A stretch of 64,000 nucleotides of DNA from Nitrospirales bacterium (GTDB taxonomy: Bacteria; Nitrospirota; Nitrospiria; Nitrospirales; UBA8639). The notes below the pieces were generated by a model that ran no database searches, was not told the DNA's origin, and was given only the letters and a program-made list of their open reading frames with translations. Positions 52,665-62,223 of the stretch are shown in pieces. Within the stretch, counting starts at the first letter, position 1; every line of letters begins with the position of its first letter. Both the position numbers and the translations under genes were made by a program. The stretch covers positions 2,208,001 through 2,272,000 of the forward strand of contig OY820905.2 of assembly GCA_963555755.3 (NCBI GenBank), in the 5' to 3' direction.

Positions 52665-53447
52665 TCACAACGGATGCTGCAGTCGATAGGCATACATCGC
52701 AATACTCGCCGCGACCACAGCATTTAATGAGTGCATACCCTTCATCATAGGAATGGCTGCCTTTTGAGAAAAGCCTTTCCCAGGCAGGCCTTGGCCTTCT
52801 TCCCCAATCAGGATTCGCACGTTCTTAGACCAAGGAAAACCCGACAGGTCATTTCCAGTAACATCCAACGCCACTATGGTGGATGCGAGGTTGTTATGGT
52901 TGAGTTCCTCTATTGAAGGACCGTAGACACAGTCAACATTAAACACCGCGCCGCTGGCCGCGCGAGTCGATTTTGGATGAAAGGGAGAAGCGGCTTCCTT
53001 CAATAAGATCACTTTCTGCACGCCAAACGCTTGGCACGTTCGAAGGAGAGCGCCCACATTACTCGGATCTCCAAGGGGGCATACTAATTCCAGTCCACGC
53101 GGAGCTTCAGTATGATCCCATTGTCGGATTGCGGGGATCTTGCACACTAACAAGGGGGCACCTGTTCCAAAGACATCTAATGTCTTAAAGAGTTGGCCTT
53201 CCAAAACGTAGTGAGAGACCATCGCAGGCGCCTGAAGAAGTTGTGGCCAAGAGGTGGGATAGATGAGTTCTAGGCAATGATCCGGTCGGCTTTGGAGAAT
53301 TTCCCGAACGATCCGTTCCCCAAAGAATAGGCAATGCTGATTCTTTCTTATGCCACGCGAATCTAATAGCTGTTGCCAGTGTTTGAGGCGGGGATTTTCC
53401 CTGCTTGTTATGGGGCGACCCACGACCTTACTCATCTGGTCCTCCAT
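52665..53447 (-). CDS. TrmH/SpoU family RNA methyltransferase
   Basis: DPSNVGALLRT, IGEEGQGL, IPM...SLNAVVA. Confidence 0.93.
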   Translation of the reverse strand: MEDQMSKVVGRPITSRENPRLKHWQQLLDSRGIRKNQHCLFFGERIVREILQSRPDHCLELIYPTSWPQLLQAPAMVSHYVLEGQLFKTLDVFGTGAPLLVCKIPAIRQWDHTEAPRGLELVCPLGDPSNVGALLRTCQAFGVQKVILLKEAASPFHPKSTRAASGAVFNVDCVYGPSIEELNHNNLASTIVALDVTGNDLSGFPWSKNVRILIGEEGQGLPGKGFSQKAAIPMMKGMHSLNAVVAASIAMYAYRLQHPL

Positions 53448-53468
53448 TTCCCATGATCTATTACCTTA

Positions 53469-53609
53469 GGGCACCTCTAAAAACCGTCCTTTTCCGTGAT
53501 GGCGGCGTCAGCCGCGTGCTCAAATCCTCATGTATTCGCCCATACACTCCGGTTTTCCGCGCGCGGCTTCCTTGCCCTCACAAAAAATGCCGGGTTTTTA
53601 GAGGTGCCC
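53469..53609. mobile_element. MITE family D
   Basis: TIRs; TTA flanks. Confidence 0.9.
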
Positions 53610-53728
53610 TTATACAACAATATCTCATCGCCACCGCGGCGACCTCGACTTTTTGTATTTCACCATGCACACCAATATCTTGCACGCCTTTTTTTGCGCC
53701 GCACTGCTGTTTCTAGGTTAATGATCAC

Positions 53729-55090
53729 CTATGATGTCGCTTCTTTCGTTTGAGCGCGATGCTCAAGAAAAAGAAACATCGACAATACCACAAACCCGAC
53801 AACGGCTACGTAGAGAAGGACGATCAGAAATTGATGCCAGCCATCCGCCTGGTCGGCAATCCTCCCGCCCATGAAGTCGAATGTCATGGCAGCCAGGTAT
53901 CCCATGGCGTCGATGATACCCACAAGCACACCGCAATGTTTTCCACCAAAATCGATGGAAAAAACGCTCATCGGAATGTAGTAGCACGGTGCGATGGCCA
54001 GGCCAAAAAGCATGATGGATAGCAGGGAGACTATTAGGCCAACATTTCCTGTCAATTCCAGGCTGGGTACGACGAGAAGCATCACGATGCATCCCACGGC
54101 CACCACCATCATGCCGCCCAGAACGAAAATACGCCTCTTCTTGTTCAGCACGTCGAAGACAAACCCTCCGAGCAGTACGGAAATCAAACAACCGATGGGA
54201 AAAGCTGACGATGTCATCACCGCTATCCCTGGCTTCAAACTAAACGTCTCTTTCAAATAGATACCGATGAAACTCTGAAATTCCATCAGGACGGTCAGAC
54301 TCATGATACTCGCGCAGATGAGCCAGACCCGAGGGGTTTTTGCAAAATCCAGAAGCGCTTCGCCCAGTGAGGCATTATCAAGGTGATGAGGTGTTGTCGG
54401 ATTATCACCATCGGAGGAAGGGCGGACCTCCAGACCCACATCGGTGGGAGACTGTTTGAGGATGAGAAACAGAAATATCAAAACAACACCTGCAATCGCG
54501 ACGGCGATGCCAATGACCGATTGCCATGACATCACCAGAAACATACTGCCCAAAACCAGCGTGGAGAACACGGAGCTAAACCTGGAGCTGGAGGAGAGGA
54601 TTCCCCAGATTCGCCCACGCCAGTTGGCCGGGTACCAAACCCCGATGAGGTTGGCCATCGAAGGCCAGCCAGCCGATTTTGCGAACAGCGCGATGAAGTA
54701 GGCTATCGAGAAGAACAACATGCCGGACATGGTGCCGAAGACTCCCGTCGCCAGCATGCAGAGAGCAAGGGACAGCATGAAAATTCGGCGCCCACCAAAT
54801 CTGTCCGCCAATACGCCGTTCGCCAACTTGCCAATCAGCGTACCGGCTGTACCCCAGCCCAGAACCGCTCCCCAGGCGGTTTTGGTGAGCCCAAGAGCCG
54901 GATCGTCAAGCATCGATGGTCCGGCGTTCACCACGGTTGCACGGCACATATACAGCGCGGCGTATCCTAGATACATGCACGCCAGAACCACCATTTCCCA
55001 CTTGAACCGCCGGTCATGGCATAACCGGTTCACCACATCCGAAAGCATAAAGGCCCCCGTAACAGAATTGTGGTTTCTCTCGCTTTCCAA
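53729..55090 (-). CDS. MFS transporter (GlpT/UhpC-like)
   Basis: YAALYMCR, GVLADRFGGR, W..WRGRIWG; 12-TM pattern. Confidence 0.9.
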   Translation of the reverse strand: MESERNHNSVTGAFMLSDVVNRLCHDRRFKWEMVVLACMYLGYAALYMCRATVVNAGPSMLDDPALGLTKTAWGAVLGWGTAGTLIGKLANGVLADRFGGRRIFMLSLALCMLATGVFGTMSGMLFFSIAYFIALFAKSAGWPSMANLIGVWYPANWRGRIWGILSSSSRFSSVFSTLVLGSMFLVMSWQSVIGIAVAIAGVVLIFLFLILKQSPTDVGLEVRPSSDGDNPTTPHHLDNASLGEALLDFAKTPRVWLICASIMSLTVLMEFQSFIGIYLKETFSLKPGIAVMTSSAFPIGCLISVLLGGFVFDVLNKKRRIFVLGGMMVVAVGCIVMLLVVPSLELTGNVGLIVSLLSIMLFGLAIAPCYYIPMSVFSIDFGGKHCGVLVGIIDAMGYLAAMTFDFMGGRIADQADGWHQFLIVLLYVAVVGFVVLSMFLFLEHRAQTKEATS

Positions 55091-55172
55091 TGTATCCCAA
55101 AAACAGTATTTCTAAATCAAAATGGGGTCAAACCTAATTTTTTAATGAAATGATGTACTGTATGCGTTCTCC

Positions 55173-55340
55173 CTGCCCAGGCCGACCCGCATTCAATATG
55201 CCCGGGCCGTGTATCATGTTATGAACTGTGGGAGAAGGCGTCAGAGTATCTTTCATGGGGAGGCCTATTATCAGGCCTTTCTGAATACCTTCGAAGAGTC
55301 TCACCTTTGGTTTGATACGGTGATTCATACTAATTGTTTA
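55173..55340 (+). pseudogene. REP-associated tyrosine transposase (RAYT/TnpA-REP) N-terminal remnant (not in the ORF track)
   Basis: PRPTRIQYARAVYHVMNCGRRRQSIFHGEAYYQAFL...VIHTNCL; cut by MITE D just before the expected HUH motif; GGGGTCAAA upstream at 55124. Confidence 0.75.
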
Positions 55341-55481
55341 GGGCACCTCTAAAAACCGTCCTTTTCCGTGATGGCGGCGTCAGCCGCGTGCTTACATCCT
55401 CATGTATTCGCCCATACATTCCGGTTTTCCGCGCGCGGCTTCTTTGCCCTCACATACAATGCCTGGTTTGTAGAGGTACCC
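55341..55481. mobile_element. MITE family D
   Basis: TIRs; flanks do not match, consistent with an adjacent deletion. Confidence 0.88.
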
Positions 55482-55547
55482 TAAAGTAACAATGACAAAA
55501 ACAGAATCACCTAGGAGGTTTCTCGGGCTATTTCTCGAACGGTCTTT

Positions 55548-55706
55548 AGGGCTCGCGCAAAAATAACTTCCCCTGTTTGGGCGTCGATCCATCCTGTCTG
55601 GCGGCGTTGCTCGTCCTTTCCATACGAGGAGTATGCGCAGTCCTCGCGCCTTGCCAGATAGGCGTCTCAGCACCCAAACTGGGGAAGTTATTCTTGCGCG
55701 AACCCT
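55548..55706. mobile_element. MITE family A
   Basis: Full copy; followed by a 21-bp tandem duplication at 55709-55749. Confidence 0.85.
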
Positions 55707-55796
55707 TAATACAGACACTGTAAACCAGAATACAGACACTGTAAACCAGGTTTACTCTCTTTTACTCGCGAGATACACGCGTTGAAGTTTCTCATC

Positions 55797-56810
55797 ATAT
55801 GCCTTCCCATTTAACTAAGGTTGCTTCAGTTTATTGAATCCCAAGGGTTTTGAGCTGCTGGTCAGGATTTTCAACAAACTCTGGAAGGTACTCATTGGAG
55901 TCTCACGGCGGTTATAGCGAAAGACAAACTCATCAAGATAGTGTTGCAGGTATTTTGAATCCACTCCATGGTGAATCCCGTTCAGCCAGGTCTGCAGATT
56001 GCCGAACGCTCTATGGATGTGTGGAGCGTGCTTCCCAGCACTTGCTGGGTCACCCTGGGTCCGTCTCAGGTGTTCGTATCCTGCCAAGGCTTTTGCCGAG
56101 TATCCCTTCCAACCATCGGACTTGATCTTACTGCCCTCAGCGACATGGCTATTGAGGAATGCTTTGATCTCGTTCTCTCCAGCGTCTTGAAGAATCGCTA
56201 ATCGTAAACGCCCTGCTTTCTCTCGAAAGTGATCCCCTTGTGTGTACGTGACAATTTCTACGGCTCCGGCTATTAACGTCTTGGTTTTCGCTTTCGCGAC
56301 GCCACGGCCCGTTTTGCCTTTTACCGGTCCACCGATATGGGTTTCATCGGCTTCAACTGTTCCTGCGAGCCGTTCACGGTTCTGTCGTACCATTCCTCGT
56401 CGCAATCTGTGGAGCAAATACCAGGCGCTATCCACCTTCTTGATACTGAGTTGACGCTGCAATTGCACAGCACTGATGCCAGGTGTGTGCGTGGAGACGA
56501 AATAGGCAGCCCAAAACCAAAGCCGTAGCGGCAAGTGCGATCTATGCATCACTGTGCCGCTTAGCGGTGATGTCTGTCTATGACACGACGAACACTCAAA
56601 CCGGAAATATTTTTTGAGCCACCAACCACCGCGATGACCGCAAGCTGGACACATAAACCCGTCTGGCCACCGAATCGCCCGCAAGTACTCGAAGCACGCT
56701 TCTTCGGTGTGGAACCTAACAGAAAAATCCAAGATATCAGCAGCATACCCTGTGTCCATAGTCCAGCAGACTAGTCTAGGGACTAACCTTAGTCAAATGG
56801 GAAGGCATAT
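55797..56810 (-). mobile_element. IS1595 family insertion sequence
   Basis: TIR ATATGCCTTCCCATTT.ACTAAGGT at both ends. Confidence 0.88.
55815..56759 (-). CDS. IS1595 family transposase
   Basis: RWPDGFMCPAC zinc ribbon, VEADET, SDGWKGY, YLDEFVFRYNRR. Confidence 0.95.
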   Translation of the reverse strand: MDTGYAADILDFSVRFHTEEACFEYLRAIRWPDGFMCPACGHRGGWWLKKYFRFECSSCHRQTSPLSGTVMHRSHLPLRLWFWAAYFVSTHTPGISAVQLQRQLSIKKVDSAWYLLHRLRRGMVRQNRERLAGTVEADETHIGGPVKGKTGRGVAKAKTKTLIAGAVEIVTYTQGDHFREKAGRLRLAILQDAGENEIKAFLNSHVAEGSKIKSDGWKGYSAKALAGYEHLRRTQGDPASAGKHAPHIHRAFGNLQTWLNGIHHGVDSKYLQHYLDEFVFRYNRRETPMSTFQSLLKILTSSSKPLGFNKLKQP

Positions 56811-56866
56811 CTTTTCTTTTACAGGTTCTCTGGCTATAAACCGTCGTCACCAGGACATTGGGGTTA

Positions 56867-57904
56867 TTAAGAGGTTCGGTCAATCATGTAATGGAGACTT
56901 TTCTGGATGAAGGCTTTGTCGTCGCTCTCCGGGGCATCTTGATAAGCTTCAACAAAAACTTGTTCGGCTGCATCACGGAGTTCACGCGCACCAGACCGCG
57001 CGTACTCAATGCTTCCATATGTGTTCAGCAACTCCATCACCCTGTCAATGTCCTCAGCATACTTGCCATTGCGCGACTTAGATAGAAAGCCCTTCAGTTT
57101 CTGGGTCTCCTGCGGTGATCCTTTCCCAAACAAGTGGGAAAGCATGAGCGTCCGCTTTCCCTCGTAGAGATCTCCGGCAATTTCTTTACCGTATTTCTGC
57201 CGACTCCCTGTAAGATTCAAAATGTCGTCCTGAATCTGAAATGCTGAGCCAAGGAGATTTCCAAATGAGTTGAATCGGTCAAGGTCGGTGTCTTCAGGAC
57301 GTGCAATGAGTGCACCGACTCGGCAGGGATTGATAAAACTATACCAGGCAGTTTTCTTTAAGGTCATGAGGAGATAGTCCTCATCTGAAATATCGCACCG
57401 ATTGTCCCGGTTCCACCCTAGCTCAATAGCTTGTCCCTCGTGCGTCACCCTGCTCATGGTGTGGAACTCCTCCTCTAATTGACGTACTAGGTTGGGACTC
57501 AGGGTAGAGCCATTCTTTCTAAAGATACTCCAGCCTAACGCTTGCATCGCATCACCGACATTTACAGCGATTGGAATCCCGTATTGGGCATGCATGGTCG
57601 GATGGCCCCGTCGAAACTCACTCCCGTCTTCGATGTCGTCATGAACGAGAAACGCGTTATGGAGCATTTCAATCGCCGCTGCCGAGACAAGGGCATCCTC
57701 GATGCGACCTCCAAAGGCGCCACAAGTGGCCAGACAGAGAGCCGGGCGTAGCCCCTTTCCCGAACGTTCCAGAAACTCTCGTATCGGGGTGTACAAATAA
57801 CGACGCGGCTCTTTGTCGGGGATTGATCTTTGCAAGACGTCCATTATCTGGCGACGATAGTCATTCAACCGTTCAAGGAATGCGTTGTAGTCTTGAGAAT
57901 CCAT
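56867..57904 (-). CDS. Polyprenyl (GGPP/FPP-type) diphosphate synthase
   Basis: GKGLRP, LVHDDIED..RRG, GQAIEL, KTAWY, FQIQDD, DLYEGK. Confidence 0.95.
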   Translation of the reverse strand: MDSQDYNAFLERLNDYRRQIMDVLQRSIPDKEPRRYLYTPIREFLERSGKGLRPALCLATCGAFGGRIEDALVSAAAIEMLHNAFLVHDDIEDGSEFRRGHPTMHAQYGIPIAVNVGDAMQALGWSIFRKNGSTLSPNLVRQLEEEFHTMSRVTHEGQAIELGWNRDNRCDISDEDYLLMTLKKTAWYSFINPCRVGALIARPEDTDLDRFNSFGNLLGSAFQIQDDILNLTGSRQKYGKEIAGDLYEGKRTLMLSHLFGKGSPQETQKLKGFLSKSRNGKYAEDIDRVMELLNTYGSIEYARSGARELRDAAEQVFVEAYQDAPESDDKAFIQKSLHYMIDRTS

Positions 57905-57929
57905 GGATCGATAAACCTATTGGGGGTTC

Positions 57930-59999
57930 CTAACGTTGTTGCACAATTCGAAGCCGGGCAGGCTGGCGTGTTTGACCTTTATCCTCCGAACCCTTCATTG
58001 TCTGGGCGAGATCTCCAGGGCTTCCGCCTACCTCTTTTTGACCACCTTCTGGTGGAACGATCTGCCTTACCTCCTCCAACATCGATTGCACGGGTTTTGG
58101 TATGTCCAAGAGGTTTTCCGCCTGTGGTATCGGACTTTCGCTAAACGGCTGGGTGAGGTTGCTCACCGCATCATAAGCCTCTGAAAAACTTTTCAACGAA
58201 CCACCGTCAATGTTGGAGAACTTACTGGCCTTTTGAAACACATCGAGTACCGGTTTCGCGATACTCATCAGGGCTAATGGGTCTTCCCAGGGTAGATGCT
58301 TTTCCCAACGGGCCCGGTCATATTCACGCCACGGTTGCAGAATCTCGGGCTCATGGAGCTCCCACACTCGGCAGGGGGTCGCGTCGGACCCAGACCGGTC
58401 GAGGATCCCATTGACGGCCCTTCGGGCGGCCTCATTCGCCGACTCCATCGTAGCCAGGTCAGTATGGGTTCGGACATAGTCGGAGGCAAGGAACAGGTTC
58501 GGAATGGCGGTGACGGCGTCGGGCCTCAGGCGCCACGCGTCTATCAGATTCACGAGAAGTGGCTCGACGTTCTCGTGTCGCCGCCTTTCTTCGGGATCCC
58601 GACGGATATCCGGATCCAAAAACCAGTAGTCCAAATCCTCATCCCGCAGGACCTCCCTTCCATGCATATCGTTCAAGCTGCGCTTAAGTTGTTCCCAGGT
58701 CTCGTTTGCGATTTCCTCACGGGTGCAGTCGCTGGCCCTTTTACCATAGAGCACCCCCTCGGTTTCCCAGTCGGAGATATCGACAGAGAGAATGTCCCTG
58801 GTATCACCGTCACTGAATTTGGAAAGATCGAAATCGGGCCAGAACTGAGCTTGCGACACTGAAGTGAGAGCCCAAGGGGTGTCGATGAAGATGACGTGGC
58901 CATGAGTAATCGGCACCAGGCGAGTGACGTAAAACATGATGCCGTTCATCCACGCGACGTGTGTCGCTAGTTCCGGCAAGTGGCTCAGCCGTGGATCGGC
59001 TTCGCGAAGGCTCAAGTTGACCAAGGGGGCCATCCGTTCTACGGGGAGGGCAGACACGTAATAATCGCCTTGTACCTCGGTTGTCATACCATCCTTTTCC
59101 ACCGTGACACTTCGCACCTCTCCGCCGGAGCAGTTGAACGACTGTACCACACAATTCATGTGGTATTTCACGCCCCGACTTTCTAAATAGTCCAACCACG
59201 GTCGAATCCAGACAACATTAGTTGGTCCGTTGAGCAAACGGTCGCTCGTCGCGACGGTCGGATCAATAATATCAAACACCAGTTGAAGGAAAATGTTCCC
59301 AATCGTCCGTGTGTTGGCACGCTGAGCCTGGGAGGCGACAAGGGAACGAGTAATTCCATGACCGAAGAATTTTTGATAGTCCTTGGATTGTTTGGCGGCT
59401 TCGATGAATTCCCACCACCCGATTTGTTCATATTCGTCCAGCCGGCGTTCTTGGGAGGAAGTCGCGATCTGCCAGACCCGCGACGCAAAGAGGTGGACCT
59501 CATGAAGGGGCACCCCGATATCCCCGGATAATAGTTTGAAGACCGCATCAAAAACGGATTTGAACCCTTGGGGGGTCCTCGGAAATCGGGCGGGAAGAAC
59601 GATTTCCTTGCCGCCCTCTCTTGCCAACAACATCTGAGTAGTGTTGACCATGTTGTCAGAGACCTTCCCGTTCCCGTATGGGATACGATCCATGGTATCG
59701 ACAACGTGTTTGTAGAAACCGGGAAAGAAGCGAAAGCCGTGCTCCCCCGGTAACCAAGGACGCTTTTCGTGCGGCGCCAACTCATGCCCTTTCATCCGAC
59801 GCCACTTCTCGATGGCTGGACCGTGAATGGCTTGGCTTCCTCGGTCATCCAATGATTCAAAAACGGGAATGCTGCGCGCCTTGCCTCCGGGGATGTATTG
59901 CTTTTCGTAGACTTCGACATCAAATCCACGCTCAGCCAGCTCGTGAGCAGCGCTCATTCCGCCGATACCCCCACCAAGTATAATTACCTTTTTGGGCAT
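57930..59999 (-). CDS. FAD-dependent oxidoreductase, carotenoid desaturase/HpnE-like, with long C-terminal extension
   Basis: ILGGGIGGMSAAHEL, GGKARS, EHGFRFFPGFY, NLFLASDYV..ATMESA. Confidence 0.88.
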   Translation of the reverse strand: MPKKVIILGGGIGGMSAAHELAERGFDVEVYEKQYIPGGKARSIPVFESLDDRGSQAIHGPAIEKWRRMKGHELAPHEKRPWLPGEHGFRFFPGFYKHVVDTMDRIPYGNGKVSDNMVNTTQMLLAREGGKEIVLPARFPRTPQGFKSVFDAVFKLLSGDIGVPLHEVHLFASRVWQIATSSQERRLDEYEQIGWWEFIEAAKQSKDYQKFFGHGITRSLVASQAQRANTRTIGNIFLQLVFDIIDPTVATSDRLLNGPTNVVWIRPWLDYLESRGVKYHMNCVVQSFNCSGGEVRSVTVEKDGMTTEVQGDYYVSALPVERMAPLVNLSLREADPRLSHLPELATHVAWMNGIMFYVTRLVPITHGHVIFIDTPWALTSVSQAQFWPDFDLSKFSDGDTRDILSVDISDWETEGVLYGKRASDCTREEIANETWEQLKRSLNDMHGREVLRDEDLDYWFLDPDIRRDPEERRRHENVEPLLVNLIDAWRLRPDAVTAIPNLFLASDYVRTHTDLATMESANEAARRAVNGILDRSGSDATPCRVWELHEPEILQPWREYDRARWEKHLPWEDPLALMSIAKPVLDVFQKASKFSNIDGGSLKSFSEAYDAVSNLTQPFSESPIPQAENLLDIPKPVQSMLEEVRQIVPPEGGQKEVGGSPGDLAQTMKGSEDKGQTRQPARLRIVQQR

Positions 60000-60364
60000 T
60001 TCTTTGCTCCTTGCTGAGTTTCCGTTGTCTGCTCTTGGCCGAGCCTCCCGGCTTGGTCTCTTCAGGGGTTTAGACTTAAGCCACGGACACTCACTTGATT
60101 TCCTTTCACTAAACTAAGACTTCACCTCCTGCCGGTATTCGCCAATGAAAGTTACCCTCCTTGTCGGATTCCTCTTTCTTGGCAATGCCAAGACTTTAGA
60201 AAAATAAAAATCCGTGTCTTCGCCTTTGTGTGCATTGAAACGGTTTTATCATCAGGCACTCTTCTCTATCGAGAATTACTGATCAGGTCACTAAATTGTT
60301 CGTGTCCACGTGTCAATATAAGAAACTGGCTTCCACGGAACTTCTGATCTTTCCACTTTTTTGC

Positions 60365-60441
60365 GTCATTCCCGCCTGTCGTAAGCGGGAATCCCTCTTG
60401 TTCCGTCCGGATGGATACCCGCCTCAAACCGCGGGTATGAC
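60365..60441. repeat. REP-like palindrome pair
   Basis: GTCATTCCCGC..GCGGGAATCC and GGATACCCGC..GCGGGTATGAC in inverted orientation. Confidence 0.7.
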
Positions 60442-60571
60442 GGCTAATGCCGGAGTTGGCTTGACCTCGTGCATAACACTATTGCGTGGCCATGCCACCA
60501 CCCGAGAGGCGCAGAAAAAATATGTCGGTCATGCCGCTTGATCGAATCGTACGCACTATTTACCGGTTTCC

Positions 60572-61168
60572 TCAGTAATTCCTTGGATCCTTAAGGTAGA
60601 GTCTTGTACTAGACTGCCATTCTTCCCCCTCATCAATAATGATTTCGATTGGGAATTCCGGATCGAAGGGGTGCTCGCCCTCACTTGGCATGTCAAATTT
60701 TAGCGGGTCTGGGCTTATATCATCATGCCCCAATGCATCTATTTTTTCTTTTTTTTGTGGTTCATCGGTTTTTTTATCGCCCCCAATATCACGGTAAAGG
60801 CCATCCATGAATCTTAGCGTCACCTTTATTTTATTATCCTTATCCATGTCTCCGCCTTCGTTCTTGATTTGTATGTGAATCTGCCACTTAGGTATATCTA
60901 TCCATTTTCCGTTTTCACGCGTTTTGTCCTTTCCAGAAAGGTATCCCCAAGAAGGTATGGGGACCAATTTAGGAGGCTTTGGGGTGGTATCTGAGAAAGC
61001 ATCTTTAAGAGCCTCAACGAGTTTATTTTGGTCTTCGCTCATTTTGCCACTCCTTTTCTTGGTGGTTGTCTTTTTACGAGGTGGTTTCTTTGTGCTGCTT
61101 GTTTTCTTAGTGATTGTCTTTTTACGAGACGATTTCTTTTTGACAGGTTTTTTCTTCATAATCGTCAA
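60572..61168 (-). CDS. Hypothetical protein with highly basic Lys-rich N-terminal tail
   Basis: KKKPVKKKSSRKKTITKK...; RBS; starts 25 bp after the encapsulin stop. Confidence 0.75.
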   Translation of the reverse strand: MTIMKKKPVKKKSSRKKTITKKTSSTKKPPRKKTTTKKRSGKMSEDQNKLVEALKDAFSDTTPKPPKLVPIPSWGYLSGKDKTRENGKWIDIPKWQIHIQIKNEGGDMDKDNKIKVTLRFMDGLYRDIGGDKKTDEPQKKEKIDALGHDDISPDPLKFDMPSEGEHPFDPEFPIEIIIDEGEEWQSSTRLYLKDPRNY

Positions 61169-61192
61169 TACACCCCCCTCTGTTTTCTAGAG

Positions 61193-62095
61193 TTAGGATG
61201 ACATAAGCCAAATAGCTTCCGGTTGCTTGATGCGGAGGGTTAAGCGCTGGGACACGCGGTAGATTTGACGAGTCTCCTCCGTGGCCTGGAGAAACTTAAC
61301 TGAGATATCGTTGGCTAATACAAGGTCAACATTTTCTCCGGCAAGCGATACCAGAACTCCTTCCATATTGGTTAGTGTGCTGGACCTTAGTAGGGGACCA
61401 TTCAATATGGGTTTGATGCGGTCAACAGGCATAACAAGTGAGCTAGTAGGTGTATGAGCCAAATCAAAGAGGTCTGGTCCTAGTACGAGGGCGAATGGAG
61501 ATAAATGCCCTTCTCTTTCGAGGTTTGTGATCATATTCGAGACCCGCCTCACTAACCAGTTTCCGGTGAGCCCAGCCACAGTGCCGGGAATGCTTGTAAA
61601 GTGTCGTGGGGTATTATCTAATCGAGCCGCTTGAGTGAGCCCATTCCATTGTTCTCCGCCCGTAACGTTAAAAACTGGAGGCATCGGAGCAAATGTACGG
61701 GCGCGAATAACGGTTCTCTGCCCTTGAAAAACCAGGTTGTCCTGGATCCGAGCAAGGATCAACGCCGCACGTCGAAACATGTTGAGAGCGCCGGAAAGGT
61801 CTGGATCTTTGGCCTGCGCGGTAGTGAGCGGAACATTCACTGAGACGGTTGTGAGCGCTCGAGTCGTTACGGTGTTAACAGCTAGGCGGCTGGTCGCGAT
61901 ACCAACAGCTCGGGGAAGAGGCTGATTATTAACAAGTCTGTTTATCTGCACTGATTCCGTTTCAGGAGGCAAAGGCCCATGGATTGGCAAAAACGTTGCG
62001 GCGACGCGGACTTTGCGTACTTCATCACGAACTGTCTGCTGCACGAGGTTCCATTGGTCATCCGTCCATTGATTTGGGTAATTTTCCTGTTCCAT
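61193..62095 (-). CDS. Encapsulin nanocompartment shell protein (Family 1/Linocin M18-like, HK97 fold)
   Basis: W..VQQTV..E....VAATFLPIHGP, AA..LARIQDNLVFQG, GHLSPFALVLG, GVLVSL....DLV..D, LRIKQPEAI; 300 aa. Confidence 0.85.
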   Translation of the reverse strand: MEQENYPNQWTDDQWNLVQQTVRDEVRKVRVAATFLPIHGPLPPETESVQINRLVNNQPLPRAVGIATSRLAVNTVTTRALTTVSVNVPLTTAQAKDPDLSGALNMFRRAALILARIQDNLVFQGQRTVIRARTFAPMPPVFNVTGGEQWNGLTQAARLDNTPRHFTSIPGTVAGLTGNWLVRRVSNMITNLEREGHLSPFALVLGPDLFDLAHTPTSSLVMPVDRIKPILNGPLLRSSTLTNMEGVLVSLAGENVDLVLANDISVKFLQATEETRQIYRVSQRLTLRIKQPEAIWLMSS

Positions 62096-62223
62096 AGCTT
62101 CTTCCCCTCTCTTTATTGATTCACAACTATAAATAATAAGATGGTTCTGGGTTCCTTATTAAAGGTCTTCAAGATATCTGAACTCGTATCAATCGTTTGG
62201 TATCGACATCTGCCCCTCGAATC

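Noticed and set aside
61193..62095. Prophage major capsid gene
   Set aside because: No terminase, portal, protease or tail genes nearby; motifs match Linocin M18-type encapsulins.
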